64,000 bases of DNA from a virus. Its lineage: Duplodnaviria; Caudoviricetes. Both the position numbers and the translations under genes were made by a program. The stretch is from IMG/VR virus record IMGVR_UViG_3300013901_000015, positions 1 to 64,000 of that record; one strand, written 5' to 3'. The notes below the pieces were generated by a model. That model had not been told where the DNA came from, made no database searches, and saw only the letters and a list, made by a program, of their open reading frames with translations. Of this stretch, positions 44,801 through 56,800 are shown piece after piece. Each line of letters begins with the position of its first letter. The first letter of the stretch is position 1.

Positions 44801-47800
44801 CGAACTTTACGACAGGGCTCTAGCGAAGAACAAAGCGGAGCGATTAAGGAGTTCCGTTCTGCCAACGGTGAGGTCTATGGATTCACGGTAGATGGCAAGA
44901 TTTATCTTGACACCAAGAAGATGAAGCCTGAGACCCCTCTGCATGAGTACACCCATTTGTGGACTGAGGCTTTGAGGAACGGCAACCCTACAGAGTGGGA
45001 GAACGTGAAGAGTCTCTTCGATGAGGTTGAAGGACTGAAAGAGGAGGTTCAGAAGCTGTACCCTGAGCTAAAGGGCGATAACCTTTACGAGGAGATGATT
45101 ACCACATTCTCTGGTCGTGAGGGTGCCAAGAAGCTTGAAAAGGTTGTGCGTGGTCTCGCTAAAGAGGATGGAAAGACCGTAGAGGAGAGAGCCAAGGCTA
45201 CAGGCTTTATCACCAAGGTGAAGGAAGCTTTGCAGAAGTACTGGAAGGGTGTGGCTGACATGCTTCATATCCACTTCACTTCTGCCGAGGAGGTTGCCGA
45301 CAAGGTTCTTGCTGATTGGGCTAGCGGCTTCAACCCAAATAAAGCTTTCGATGTAAATGACAGAGATGGCGATTATACGAAGAATAACGTTGAATACATT
45401 GTTAAAAATACAAAACTCCCATTTGGCAAAAAATACGGAGAAGAACTATCTCAAGAAGAAGTCAAGTCGTTATTCTATGGGGATAATGATTACTCAAAGA
45501 AATACGGCAAACTATTCGATAGAGTTTACGATGTTGCTCGAAAACTAGGTATAAAAATTAGCTTCAAAATACCACCAGAAACTTATAGTGCTTATGGTCT
45601 AGCTGATTTGGATAACGTATATCTAAATCCTATACTTCTTGCAAGAGGAGAGCATAAGGTTTTCCCAAACAAGAAGTATAGCCTTTACGTTAAAGAAGAT
45701 ACGCTTCCACATGCAATGTTGCATGAGTTAATACATTCTGTTACAGCCTACGCTTTGGAAAGATATGAAAGAGACAAGGATAGTATGCCTAAAGAACTAA
45801 GGGCAGCTGCGGAGTCTTTGATAGATTTGTATGAAGCTACGAGAAAGGCAACTCTGGATTACGTTAATGAATATGGAAGAGAGAATGAACAAGAATTTAT
45901 CGCTGAATTATCTAATCCTAATTTTTGTAAGCTTCTAAAGAAGACAAATGTTTGGACTAGAGTGAAAGATGCGATAAAGCAATTCTTCTTCCCTCTGATT
46001 TCTTCCGAAAAGAATGTGTTGGATAAGTCGTGGAAGGAGACAAACTCTTATAAAGAGCTTTCTTCTTTACTTGATGACTTTTTAGAGCATAGTGACAAAG
46101 GTCTATTTGAAGAAGAGATTGGTGTGCAGAACGGTGAAATCAAGGGCAAGGAAGAAGCTAAGGAAGAACCTGTTCCTATCATGCCGAAGCCTGTAGATCC
46201 TAGCAACCCTATAGAAAAGGCGGCTGAGGACTACAAGAAGGAGCATCCTTTGAGCGAGGATGAAATATTGAACACTACGGCGTTCGATGGTTTGCCTGAA
46301 GACCAGAAGCAGTATTGCATTGATGCGGCTTTGGACTATCTGAATGGCGAGGACACTTCGGCTATTTCCGAGGCTTACTATAGAAACGCCTACGAGAAAC
46401 GTTCTAGCCGTCCTGCCGAGACAGCGAAGGTTGCCAAGGCAGACAGCGAGACTGTCAAGGCTGGACAGGCTGAGGTTTCTGCCGACCCAATGGAAGGAAT
46501 CAAGAATGCCGCAGAGGGATTCGAGCAGGAGAAGGCTGAGAGGGAAAGAAAGCAGAAGGAGGCTACCCAGAAGGTTCTGAACGTTATCAAGGCTTCGAAC
46601 GAAAAGGCGAAGACCAGAAAGCAGTTGGAGGCAGAGAAGAATGCAGCGGACAATGAGTTTGAGGCATTCATGAAGGAACTACGCAAGAAACAGAGCGGTC
46701 AGCTTAACTCTGGCTTCATCGACCAGAACTTGATTGAGGCGGCACCAAAGATGTTCTCTCTTGCAGCAAAGTGTGCCTACACTCGTATCAAACTGGGCAT
46801 GTATGATGCCAAGGAGGTGGTGAAGGATTTGCGCAACCGCTTCAAGGATGCTTTCGATGGATTCGACAAGCGAGACGTGGAAACCTTCTACTCTGAAATC
46901 ATGAACCAGAAATGGCGTGATGGTGATAAGAGAATGAGCCTCAACGAGTGGGCAGAGCATTACAGAAAGCTTTCTCCTGAATATAAGGAGAAACTGGAAG
47001 GCGACTCGAAGGATGCCGAGGAAAGGAAGATGAGCGAAAAGAAGTTCATTGACCGTGTGAACATTCGACTTGGATTCGGACAGAAGATAAACGGCATCGT
47101 TGAATTGAGAAAGATGGCTGAGGAATGCGGCTTGAAGGATGTGAAGGACACAGACCTTCAGGAATTGGCAGAGACTGCCATTGTGCAGAGAGCTAGAGGT
47201 ATCGCTTCGTCTGCATCCACAAATGATGCCAAGAAGTTTGAACTCATCAAGAAGCTTTACGAGAATCAGCCTAGCCTCAACCAACGTGATTCTGAGCGAG
47301 TGATGAAGCAGCAGTATTCTACCCCTGCCCCATACGCTTTCTTGGCAGACATGTATGTGAAGGGAGGCGGCAAGGAGGTGAAGAGCGCATTGGAGCCTAG
47401 CGCAGGAAACGGTATGCTTACCATCGGCTTGCCTATGGACGTGGTGCATGTGAACGACATTGACGCTCAACGTTTGGCGAACCTGAGAAGACAGGGCTTC
47501 AAGAACGTGACGAGTCAAGACGGTACTCAGCCTTTCGCCGACAAGGACGTGGACGTGGTGGTAACTAACCCACCATTCGGTAGTGCAACGCCAAAGGAGT
47601 ATGACGGCTACAAGATTTCCTCTCTGGAGGGTCAGATGGCTATCAATGCCTTGGAGAGCATGAAGGACGATGGTCGTGCTGCCATCATCATCGGCGGCAA
47701 GACGGAATACGCCAAGAACGGAAGTCTGAACCCAAAGGATAAGGCTTTCCTTGGTTATCTCTATAGCCACTATAATGTGGAGGACGTGATAAATGTGGAT

Positions 47801-50800
47801 GGCAGTCTCTACGCAAAGCAGGGAACGACCTACCCTACACGTATTATTTTAATAAACGGAAGACGCAAGTTCGACCCAGAAAACAAGGTGTACCCACCAG
47901 TGGAGAAGAACGCTAGAGCAGAATCCGTGAAAGATTATGACGAACTTTATAAAAGAATAAACGATGACATACTACGTAGCAAAGACAAATCCGTGGATAT
48001 TCACGGAGAAGAAAAGCGAAAAGGTGACAATGCAGGTGGTAGAACAAACGTTTCTGATTCTACTAAAGAGAATGGTGGACGAGTCGGACGAATGGGAGAC
48101 GAAGGAGTTTCTGACAGAACTCCTGCAAATCCTAAACAGACTGAACTGGACACAAGCACCCGACCTGTGGAGCAACGAGAAGATGCCAACGGAGGAACAA
48201 CTGAGAGTGCTAGCGATGGAAATAGTAACCCAGACACAAGAGGGGGACAAACTTCTGTACCACAATCTGAACGAACCGATGGAAGTAGCGGACGAGGAGA
48301 CAACTCTATCTCTGGAGGAAGCAACACTAGCGCAACTGATAACGGAACAGATGGACGAGAGCGTGGAGTACGACTACAGTCCTCAGATGTTCAATCAGTA
48401 AGCAACACTCCTACCCAACCAAAGGAAGAGAAGAAACAAACTTTGACTACAGAGAAGGTTGCATATACCCCTAGCAGTCATTCCATGTCGCTCGGTGCCG
48501 TGGTACCAGCTAGACAAAAAGAGGCACTTGAAACGGTATTGAATAAGCTTGGCGATGCCGACCAATACTTGGTAGATAACCTTGGCTATAATGACAAGGA
48601 AGATTTGTACGCACATCTCGCCGCCGAGCAAGTGGATGCTGTTGCCTTGGGATTAAAACAGATGGAGAAAGGCAATGGCTTCATTATTGGAGACCAGACT
48701 GGTATAGGTAAGGGAAGACAAGCTGCTGCCATCATTCGTTATGCGGTTAAGCAAGGTAGGATTCCAGTATCGTTCACCATCAAGCCTAACCTTTTCTCTG
48801 ACACCTATCGTGACTTGACAGACATTGGTAGTCCTGAATTGCGTCCATTTATCCTAGCCTCCAGCAAGGATGGCAACATTAAGGAGAACTACGATGAAGA
48901 GGTGAAAGGACTTGACGGAAGGGTTACCAAGGTAAGAAAACAGCGCATTATATATAATGTGCCAAGCACTACAGAAACACAACGAGTATTAAAATATATC
49001 GCAGAAAACGGAAAATTGCCAGAGGGATATGATTATATCCTCACCACTTATTCGCAAATCAGAACGGGTTTGCAGGAATATAAGGGTGGCAAGTGGAAAG
49101 ATAAGAAAAAGATTAATGCAGCTGACCGCAACGGACAGTTGAAGCGTGATGCTATTGAAAAACTCGCAGAGAACAGTATCTTTATACTTGACGAAAGTCA
49201 TGATGCCGCAGGTGAAGGAAGCGGAAGTGCATTCATTCAGAAGGTTTTGCCAAAGGCTAAGGGCGTAACATTCCTTAGTGCTACCTATGCAAAAACTCCT
49301 GATGCGATGAAACTGTATGCCTTGAAGACAGACTTGGGCAGTAAGAGCAAGGACGAAAAGGACGAAAAGGATGATGCTTCTTGGAAAATTCTGAATGCCA
49401 TCAAGAAAGGTGGTACCGTGTTCCAAGAGATTATGAGCCAAGCCTTGACACGAAGCGGTCAGATGATTCGCCGTGAGCGAGATATGACTGGCGTAACCAT
49501 CGACTGGAATCCACTTACCGAGGACGAAACAGAGATTCAAGCACAACGAGACAAGTTTGACAATATCTTTGGTATATTCAACGACATATTGAACTTCCAA
49601 CGTACTTACGTGGATGCCAAGTTGGGGGAAATGAGCGATGATGCCGCATTAATCCAAGGTAGCGTGGACCACACACCTGGAACAAAGGATATGGGTATCG
49701 GCAACGTTACATTTGCAAGCAAAGCTTACAATGTAGTACAGCAAGCACTCTTCTCCATCAAAGCTGAGAAGGTGGCAGACTATGCCATCGAAGCCATCAA
49801 GAACGGAGAGAAACCTGTTATCGCAGTAAACAACACCATGGAGGGTATGACAGACGAGTACCCGATGGGAGAAGTGATGGATATGCCAGACCTTAATACT
49901 ACCCTTATGAAAGGTTTGGAAGGTATATTGAGATACACCGAGAAGAATGAATATGGAGACCGAGACAATAAGGTATTGAGACTTGAGGAACTTGGCGAAG
50001 AAGCAGTGGCACGATATAACGAAATCAAGGAAAAGATAGCATCTGCCACAAGCGGACTGAGCATCAGCCCTATTGATGTAATCAAACACAGGTTGGAGCA
50101 AGCTGGCTATCGTGTGGGAGAGCTGACTGGTAGAAACACCGAGTTCGTATATAATGAGGATGGAAAAGTGGTAAGACAAAAGCGCACCGATACCAACAAG
50201 AATGCCTTGGCAGACCGATTCAACAATGGTGATCTTGACGTGCTTATCTTGAACCGTTCTGCCTCAACTGGTATTTCTCTTCATGCCTCTACTAAGTTTA
50301 AAGACCAAAGACAGCGCACCATGATATTCGCTCAGATGCAAGGGAATATCAACGAGGAGGTGCAAATGCGTGGTCGTATCGACCGCACAGGACAGGTAAG
50401 ACGAGGAAAGTACGTTTACTTAGTTTCATCCATCCCAGCCGAACAACGACTGATGATGATGTTTAAAAATAAGCTGAAATCATTGGATGCCAACACTACT
50501 TCTTCGCAGAAGAGTAAATTTAACGAGGTAGATGTGCAAGACTTCACCAACAAGTATGGTGACGAGATTGTTTTGCAGTATATGGCACAACACCCTGAGT
50601 ATTACAATAAATTAGCAGACCCTCTTGGTTGGGGGTTCATGGAGTATGCCCAAGATGGTTTGTCGCTCACAGAGTTGAAAGAGAAAACAAAATCAACCAT
50701 TACTTCACCTGCATACGAAGTAATGAAAAGACTTACCTTGCTACCAGTAAAGGAGCAGGAAGTGGTATTGAAGGATATATCTGACACCTATGCTCAAAAG

Positions 50801-53800
50801 ATTAAGCAGTTGGATGACATGGGCATGAACGACCTTGAAATAACTGACATGCCTTTGGAGACTAAGACCTTAAAGCGTGAAGTATGGAAGGAAGGTTCTG
50901 ACCCTGGCGGCGATAATGCCTTTGCTGATAACACTTATATCGAAACCGTTGAAATGAATGTATTGAAGAAGCCTATGAAGGCTGACGAGGTACAGTCAGC
51001 GCAGAAGAAGATGCTTGACGGAAAGGATTGGGAAACATGGAGAAGCGATAAGATTGCCGAAATCAAGAAGGCGCAACAAGCCAAGATTGAGGAAACAAAG
51101 GCAAAGATGGCTGAGCAGATGGAAAAGAAAGCTGCCAAGACAGAAGAGAACACTCGCAAGGCTCTGGAGAAGCAAAACGAAAAACTCCAAAAGAGAATAG
51201 ATAAGGGTGAAGAACTTAAACCGGGAGAGCATGTCTTAACGGAGGATGAAATCGACAATAGAATTAGTGCTGTTGTGGATGATGTTAAGCGTAAAATGTT
51301 GGATAAGCAGTCGGAAGCTATTGCTGGAGTAAACACTAAATACGAAATGTTTATCGGTCCACTATATGTTTTTGACCCTGACAAGACAGTTAGCGTTCCT
51401 ACCGATTGGTATCTGGAAGACGCTAGTCCTTCTACTTATCCTGAGTTTGGTAGAGTCATCGGATTCAAGTATGACAAGAACTATAATCTTGGCTCATCTT
51501 CCATAGTGATTGCTACAACTGATTCTAGAAAACGTGTAGAAATTCCTCTGACAAGACCAAAGGCACTTAGTAGAATAGAAACGGACACCGAAAGATTCGC
51601 CAAGGAGTGTAATGTTATCACAATGAACTCTTGGGATAGACTGATTCCAAAGAAAGACCGCACTACTGGGCGCATTATCACAGGAAATATGTTGGAAGCT
51701 TTGGCTGACAACAAGAATATCGGTCACTTGGTTTCTTACACTACCGATGATGGGAAAGTGAAGCAAGGCATCTTGGTACCTGATAGCGTGAGCACTGAGG
51801 AGATTACAGGTAACATGCCTATTGCCAAGGCTTACAACTGGTTTACCAAGAAAGAAGGTGGAACTGAATTAAAGTCCACTGACGGAAATTTAAGATTAGC
51901 CAAAAACTTTGGCTCCATGTACACCCTCTATGTGCCAGCTAGCAGAAAAGAAGGTGGTAAGTATTATCTGAACAAAGAGTTACTCGACTTAGTACACGGT
52001 CATAACTTCCAGTCGAAAGGAAAGAACTTCTGGGCTACATTCGATGCAGAAAAATTGCACGATGTGCTTCATATCTTGAATGGTATGGAAGTTCAGGTGA
52101 AGACCCCTAAGGACTTCGAGGAAAGCAGAACCCACTTCCGTGAGGATCGAGGCATTCAGTATTCTAAAACAGATGCAAAAGATGTTAAGAATAGTAGAAT
52201 CATTCCCGAAGATGTGGATAAAAGTGTATCTTCGCAGATTGAAAAAACTTATGACTCTGCCATCGAAGAGGCTTATAAATATGTCAGTGAGAAAGACAAG
52301 ACTAGACTTCATTCTGATGTTGAGCGAGACTTGCGTGAGTTCTCAAAGATGCGCAGAGAAGATATTGTTAATGATATAAAACAAAGAGAATATGATTTTA
52401 GGGAGTGGGAACGTAGCGGAGCAACGCCTGATAAGGGAGGCTTTGTCGGATATAGATATGCTCGGTTTAAAGCTGCCGAAGCAGCAGCCAAACGAGAGCT
52501 GGACTATAGAGACGCTAGAGCAAAGCATCTCTCAGATACTTACGGATTGCAAGAAGGAAGAGAAAACAATCTTGATGAGGTGGCTCGAATTTATCGAGAA
52601 CTTCAAGAAGAGAAAGATAAGGGACGAGATGCGTTGTTCTCAAAAGCACTGGATATTGTAAAGCGACTAGGCACTGAGTTTGGTGGCATAAATGATGCCC
52701 CTGCAGAAAACTATGCTGGTGTATCTACCACTCAACGAGAGGTGGCTTTGTTTATTGATACGCTTGCAAGAACTAGTACGAGAAGAGAAGCCACTGCTAA
52801 GACTTTGCTTCACGAAATGATACACCAAGCTACGGTTGGCGCCATAAACCTTGTGCGTAGAGGAAATGCAGAAGGCTTACTTACACCTAAGCAGATTGAT
52901 GCCGTAAATACCATTTTGGATATTTATGACAAGGCTGTGGCTGATGGTAGAATTCATTATCAAGAAGGTGTCAAAAGCGACTATGGAGGCAAGAATCCTT
53001 ATGAGTTTGCTGCTCAAATGGCAGATACTGTTCAGCGCAAAAAGCTTGACTTTACATTTGGACAGAAAGTAATGAATGCCTTTAAGGAACTGTGGAATAA
53101 AGGCGATAGGTCTTGGAAGGATGCCTTCAAAGATGCTTGGGGAAAACTCTTAGAGACATCTGATAAGAAAAAGATGGATAAGGCAATCAGCGACATCATG
53201 GAGGATTTCAATGAGACTATTGATGATATTTCTATGAGAGATATTGAGTCTAGAGGAGGAACCTTCGCTGACAAACTTTCTAACGATTCTCCTGTTTCTT
53301 CCCACATTGCCCAACTGTCAGAAAAGGTAGGTGACAAGGTGAACATGGTTCATTCTGCCGATGAGGTAACCAACAAGCAAGCAAAGGAAGCCATCGAGGA
53401 AGGCAAGCATATCACTGGCTGGTATGACGAGAAGACTGGCGAGGTACATCTTTACATGCCTAATATCCACGACCGGTACACTGCCGAGAAGACTATCTGG
53501 CATGAGGTTGTGGGACACAAGGGAATGAGAGAGTTGTTTGGTGAAGACAGATTCAACAGGTTCCTGCGTGATGTGTGGTATGACTTGGATAAGCCTGAGA
53601 ACGCCGACTTGAAGAAGTTGGTGATGGAGGAAATGAAGTACAATCCGTTCAATGTGTATAATGCCATTGAGGAGGGTATCGCCCGACTTGCCGAGGAAGG
53701 AAGAGGCGAGGCTGGTTTCTGGAGAAACTTAAAAAATAAGGTTTCTGACTTCTTGCACGAAATCGGTTATCGCATGGCTCCTAACACCAAGGATGTGAAG

Positions 53801-56800
53801 TATCTGCTCTGGTTGAGCAAGAACTTGCAGAAGAATCCTAACGATCCTTACTGGAAGATGAGAGCCGAGGCGGTGAAATACCGTCTCGACCATGAGGATG
53901 TGCCTGACGTTATCGCCAAGGATGGTATGTTTCAGAGTAATGATGGCAAGGCTCGGGACTTGGGCGACTTGCCTAAGGCTGAGTACCAAGAGGCAACTGA
54001 CGGAAAGATTCATTTCCGCACTACCCCATCGGCTGGCACGGCTCTTGATAGATACCATCGTTCGCTTGATGAGCACGGCTATATGTTCACTGAGAGTTAT
54101 ATGGACAATATGCTTTCGCTTAAGAACTTGATGACGGCGATTGCGCCTGGCAAGAAGATTGAGGATATTGCCTCTTCGGAGAATCCTTATATCTTGCAGA
54201 ACACGATGCAGGGAGCGATGAGCGATGCGGCAAGAATGTTTGAGCGCAACGTGATGAAGCCTCTCGACAAGGCGATGGCAGGGGTGCTTGATGCCTTCGA
54301 GGGCAAGAATGACGATGAGAAGATTCGTAACTTCAACCTCTACATGATTACCAAGCATGGTTTGGAGCGCAACCGTATCTTGTATGTGCGTGATGCCTTG
54401 AAGGACATGCGCATGGACGAGAAAAAGAAGAAGCTTGCCGATACCATTGAGAATGATTGGGGCAACGAGAAGGCGACACTTGACGAGAAGTTGGAGCGTG
54501 GCGACATCGACTTGAAGGAGTATTACAAGCAGATGGATGACTTCATCCGTACTTACGTGGATGAAACGAATAAGTTTGATGCCGGCGAACACGACTATTC
54601 GGGCATTCACGCCATTCAGAAGGTGGAGAAAAGTTCCGACCCTTACGATGATGCGGAGGCTATACAGAGCGTGATGGACTCTGAGGGCAGAATGGAGGAC
54701 ATCAAGAAGGGCGCAGTGAAGGACTATTGGGATAAGGTGAAGACTGCAACCCAGTATTCCATCGACTGTGACTATAGGAACGGACTGATAAGCAGGGAGC
54801 TGTATGGTCATGTTTCGGAGATGTTCAACTGGTATGTGCCTCTGAGAAAGTATGACGAGGCTACGGCGGAAGATACATACGGATATATCACCGAGAAGGG
54901 CGACCCTAAATCTTACATCGGCAAGACGATCATGAGGGCAAGGGGTCACAAGTATCTGAGTGAAACGAACATCTTGGCTCAGATTGGAGCGATGGGCAAC
55001 CGTGCCATCAAGAACGGCGGACAGAATGCCATCAAACAGGCGTTCGCTAGATTCATCAGAAACAACTCGAACAATAATCTTGTGACGGAAACTAGCGTTT
55101 GGTATGTAAGCGACCCTATCACTCAGACCACCGTGGAGCGTTACCCAGATATTCCTGACGATGCGACTGCTGACGAAATCAGCCAGATTGTTAGCGACTT
55201 CAATATGGAAATGAAGGACTTGGCATCGAAGGGATTGGCTACGAAGGTGTATCGCAGAGGAAGAATCGGGTATAAGTTCCAGAGAGCGGAGAACAAATCT
55301 CAGCATATCGTTGATGTGATGATTGCAGGAAAGAAGCACTCCTTCATCGTGAACGGAAACCCTAGGGCTGCACAGGCTCTGAATGGATTGCTGGAGCATA
55401 AGAATGAGACTGGCATCGGTAAGATTGCTGGCAAGATTTCTAGATTTATGGCTCAGACCTGTACGTCTTACAACCCAGAGTTTGTGATGAGAAACATGAT
55501 TCGTGACTTCGAGTTTGCTTCTTCTAACCTCTTGGCTAAGGAAGGTGCAAGATATACTGGTATCTTTGAGAAGTACTATGCGAAGGTTGGTATCATAGAG
55601 GGTATCAGAAATTCTAAGCTGAGCGACTTCAAAGACACAGGCGGTTTCGGCTTGTTTGTCAAGTATCGTAACGGAACGCTTGACACTTCCGACAAGATTC
55701 AGAGATATTTCAAGGAGTTCATGGAGAACGGCGGCGAAACAGGTTGGGTACAGATTAAGAGCATGAAGGAATGGACGGAAGAGTATAAGCGTGACATCAA
55801 GGCAGAGCGCAACAAAGCTGTCAAGGTAGGAAAAGGATTCTACAATGCCATCTTTAAGAACTTGGAAAATGTGAACGAGATTGCCGAGAACATGGCTCGT
55901 TTCGCTACCTATTGTGCCAGCAGAGACAGCAATCGTTCGGTAGTACGTAGTGCTTACGATGCGAAAGAGGTGTCAACCAACTTCAACCGACATGGTTCTG
56001 GTAGTGAAATCAAGAGCTTCAAGAATGGTGAGATGGGATGGTTCGAAGAAAAACGCAAGCAAACCTATCGCTACACCTCTGCTTGGTTCAGAAATACCTC
56101 TATGTTCTTCAACGCAGGTATTCAGAGTACCAACTTGCTTGTAAAGAACTTGAAGAACAATACAGCTGGCACCTTGGGATATATTGCAAGCGGTCCTATG
56201 ATTAGCGGTATGGCTATCGCTCTGCTCAACAACTTCCTTATCGCCAACGAGGACGAGAAAGACCGCAAGGGAGTGAAAGACCCATACGGCGAGTTGCCAG
56301 ATTACATCAGAAGAAACAACTTATGTGTATATGTGGGCGGCGGCGAGTTTGTTACCATTCCGCTTGCCATCGAGGAAAGAGCCTTCTATGGACTTGGCGA
56401 CTTGGTGGCAGGACTTACATTCTCGCCTAACATTAGCGGACAGAAGAACCCTTTCTTGGATGCAGTGGGCTGCATGTCGCAATTAGTTCCTGTGGCTGAT
56501 TACCTTGGCAATGCTTCATTTGGTAAGCATCCTGTTCAAGAGACGGTGAAGGCTGTGATGCCTTCGGCTACCTCGCCATTTATCGAATGGGCTTACAACA
56601 GCGACTGGAAAGGTGCTCCTATCGAACGAGACAACAAGTTTGACGAGAATCAGCCAGCTTGGATGCTCGCTTACAAGGGTACTCCTGACGTGTTGTTGGA
56701 CTTAAACAAGAAGGTTAATGCGTGGACTAACGGTGTAGCCCCAGGTAATGAGGATATGCTTGGAAACAGCTTCTTGGATGCGGTTACTAATCCTTCGGGA

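Noticed and set aside
52140-52661. Two further +1-frame ORFs in the giant gene (and 45357-45548)
   Set aside because: The main frame here looks like a genuine folded domain and the nested translations look less protein-like; not counted with the three nested candidates, though 52392 has an A-rich start context.
53729-55399. 556-aa antisense ORF inside the giant gene (also 39596-40741, 46679-47770, 2235-3446, 59270-60043)
   Set aside because: L/V/H/R-rich shadow translations expected from the sense-strand codon bias; no start context or motifs.
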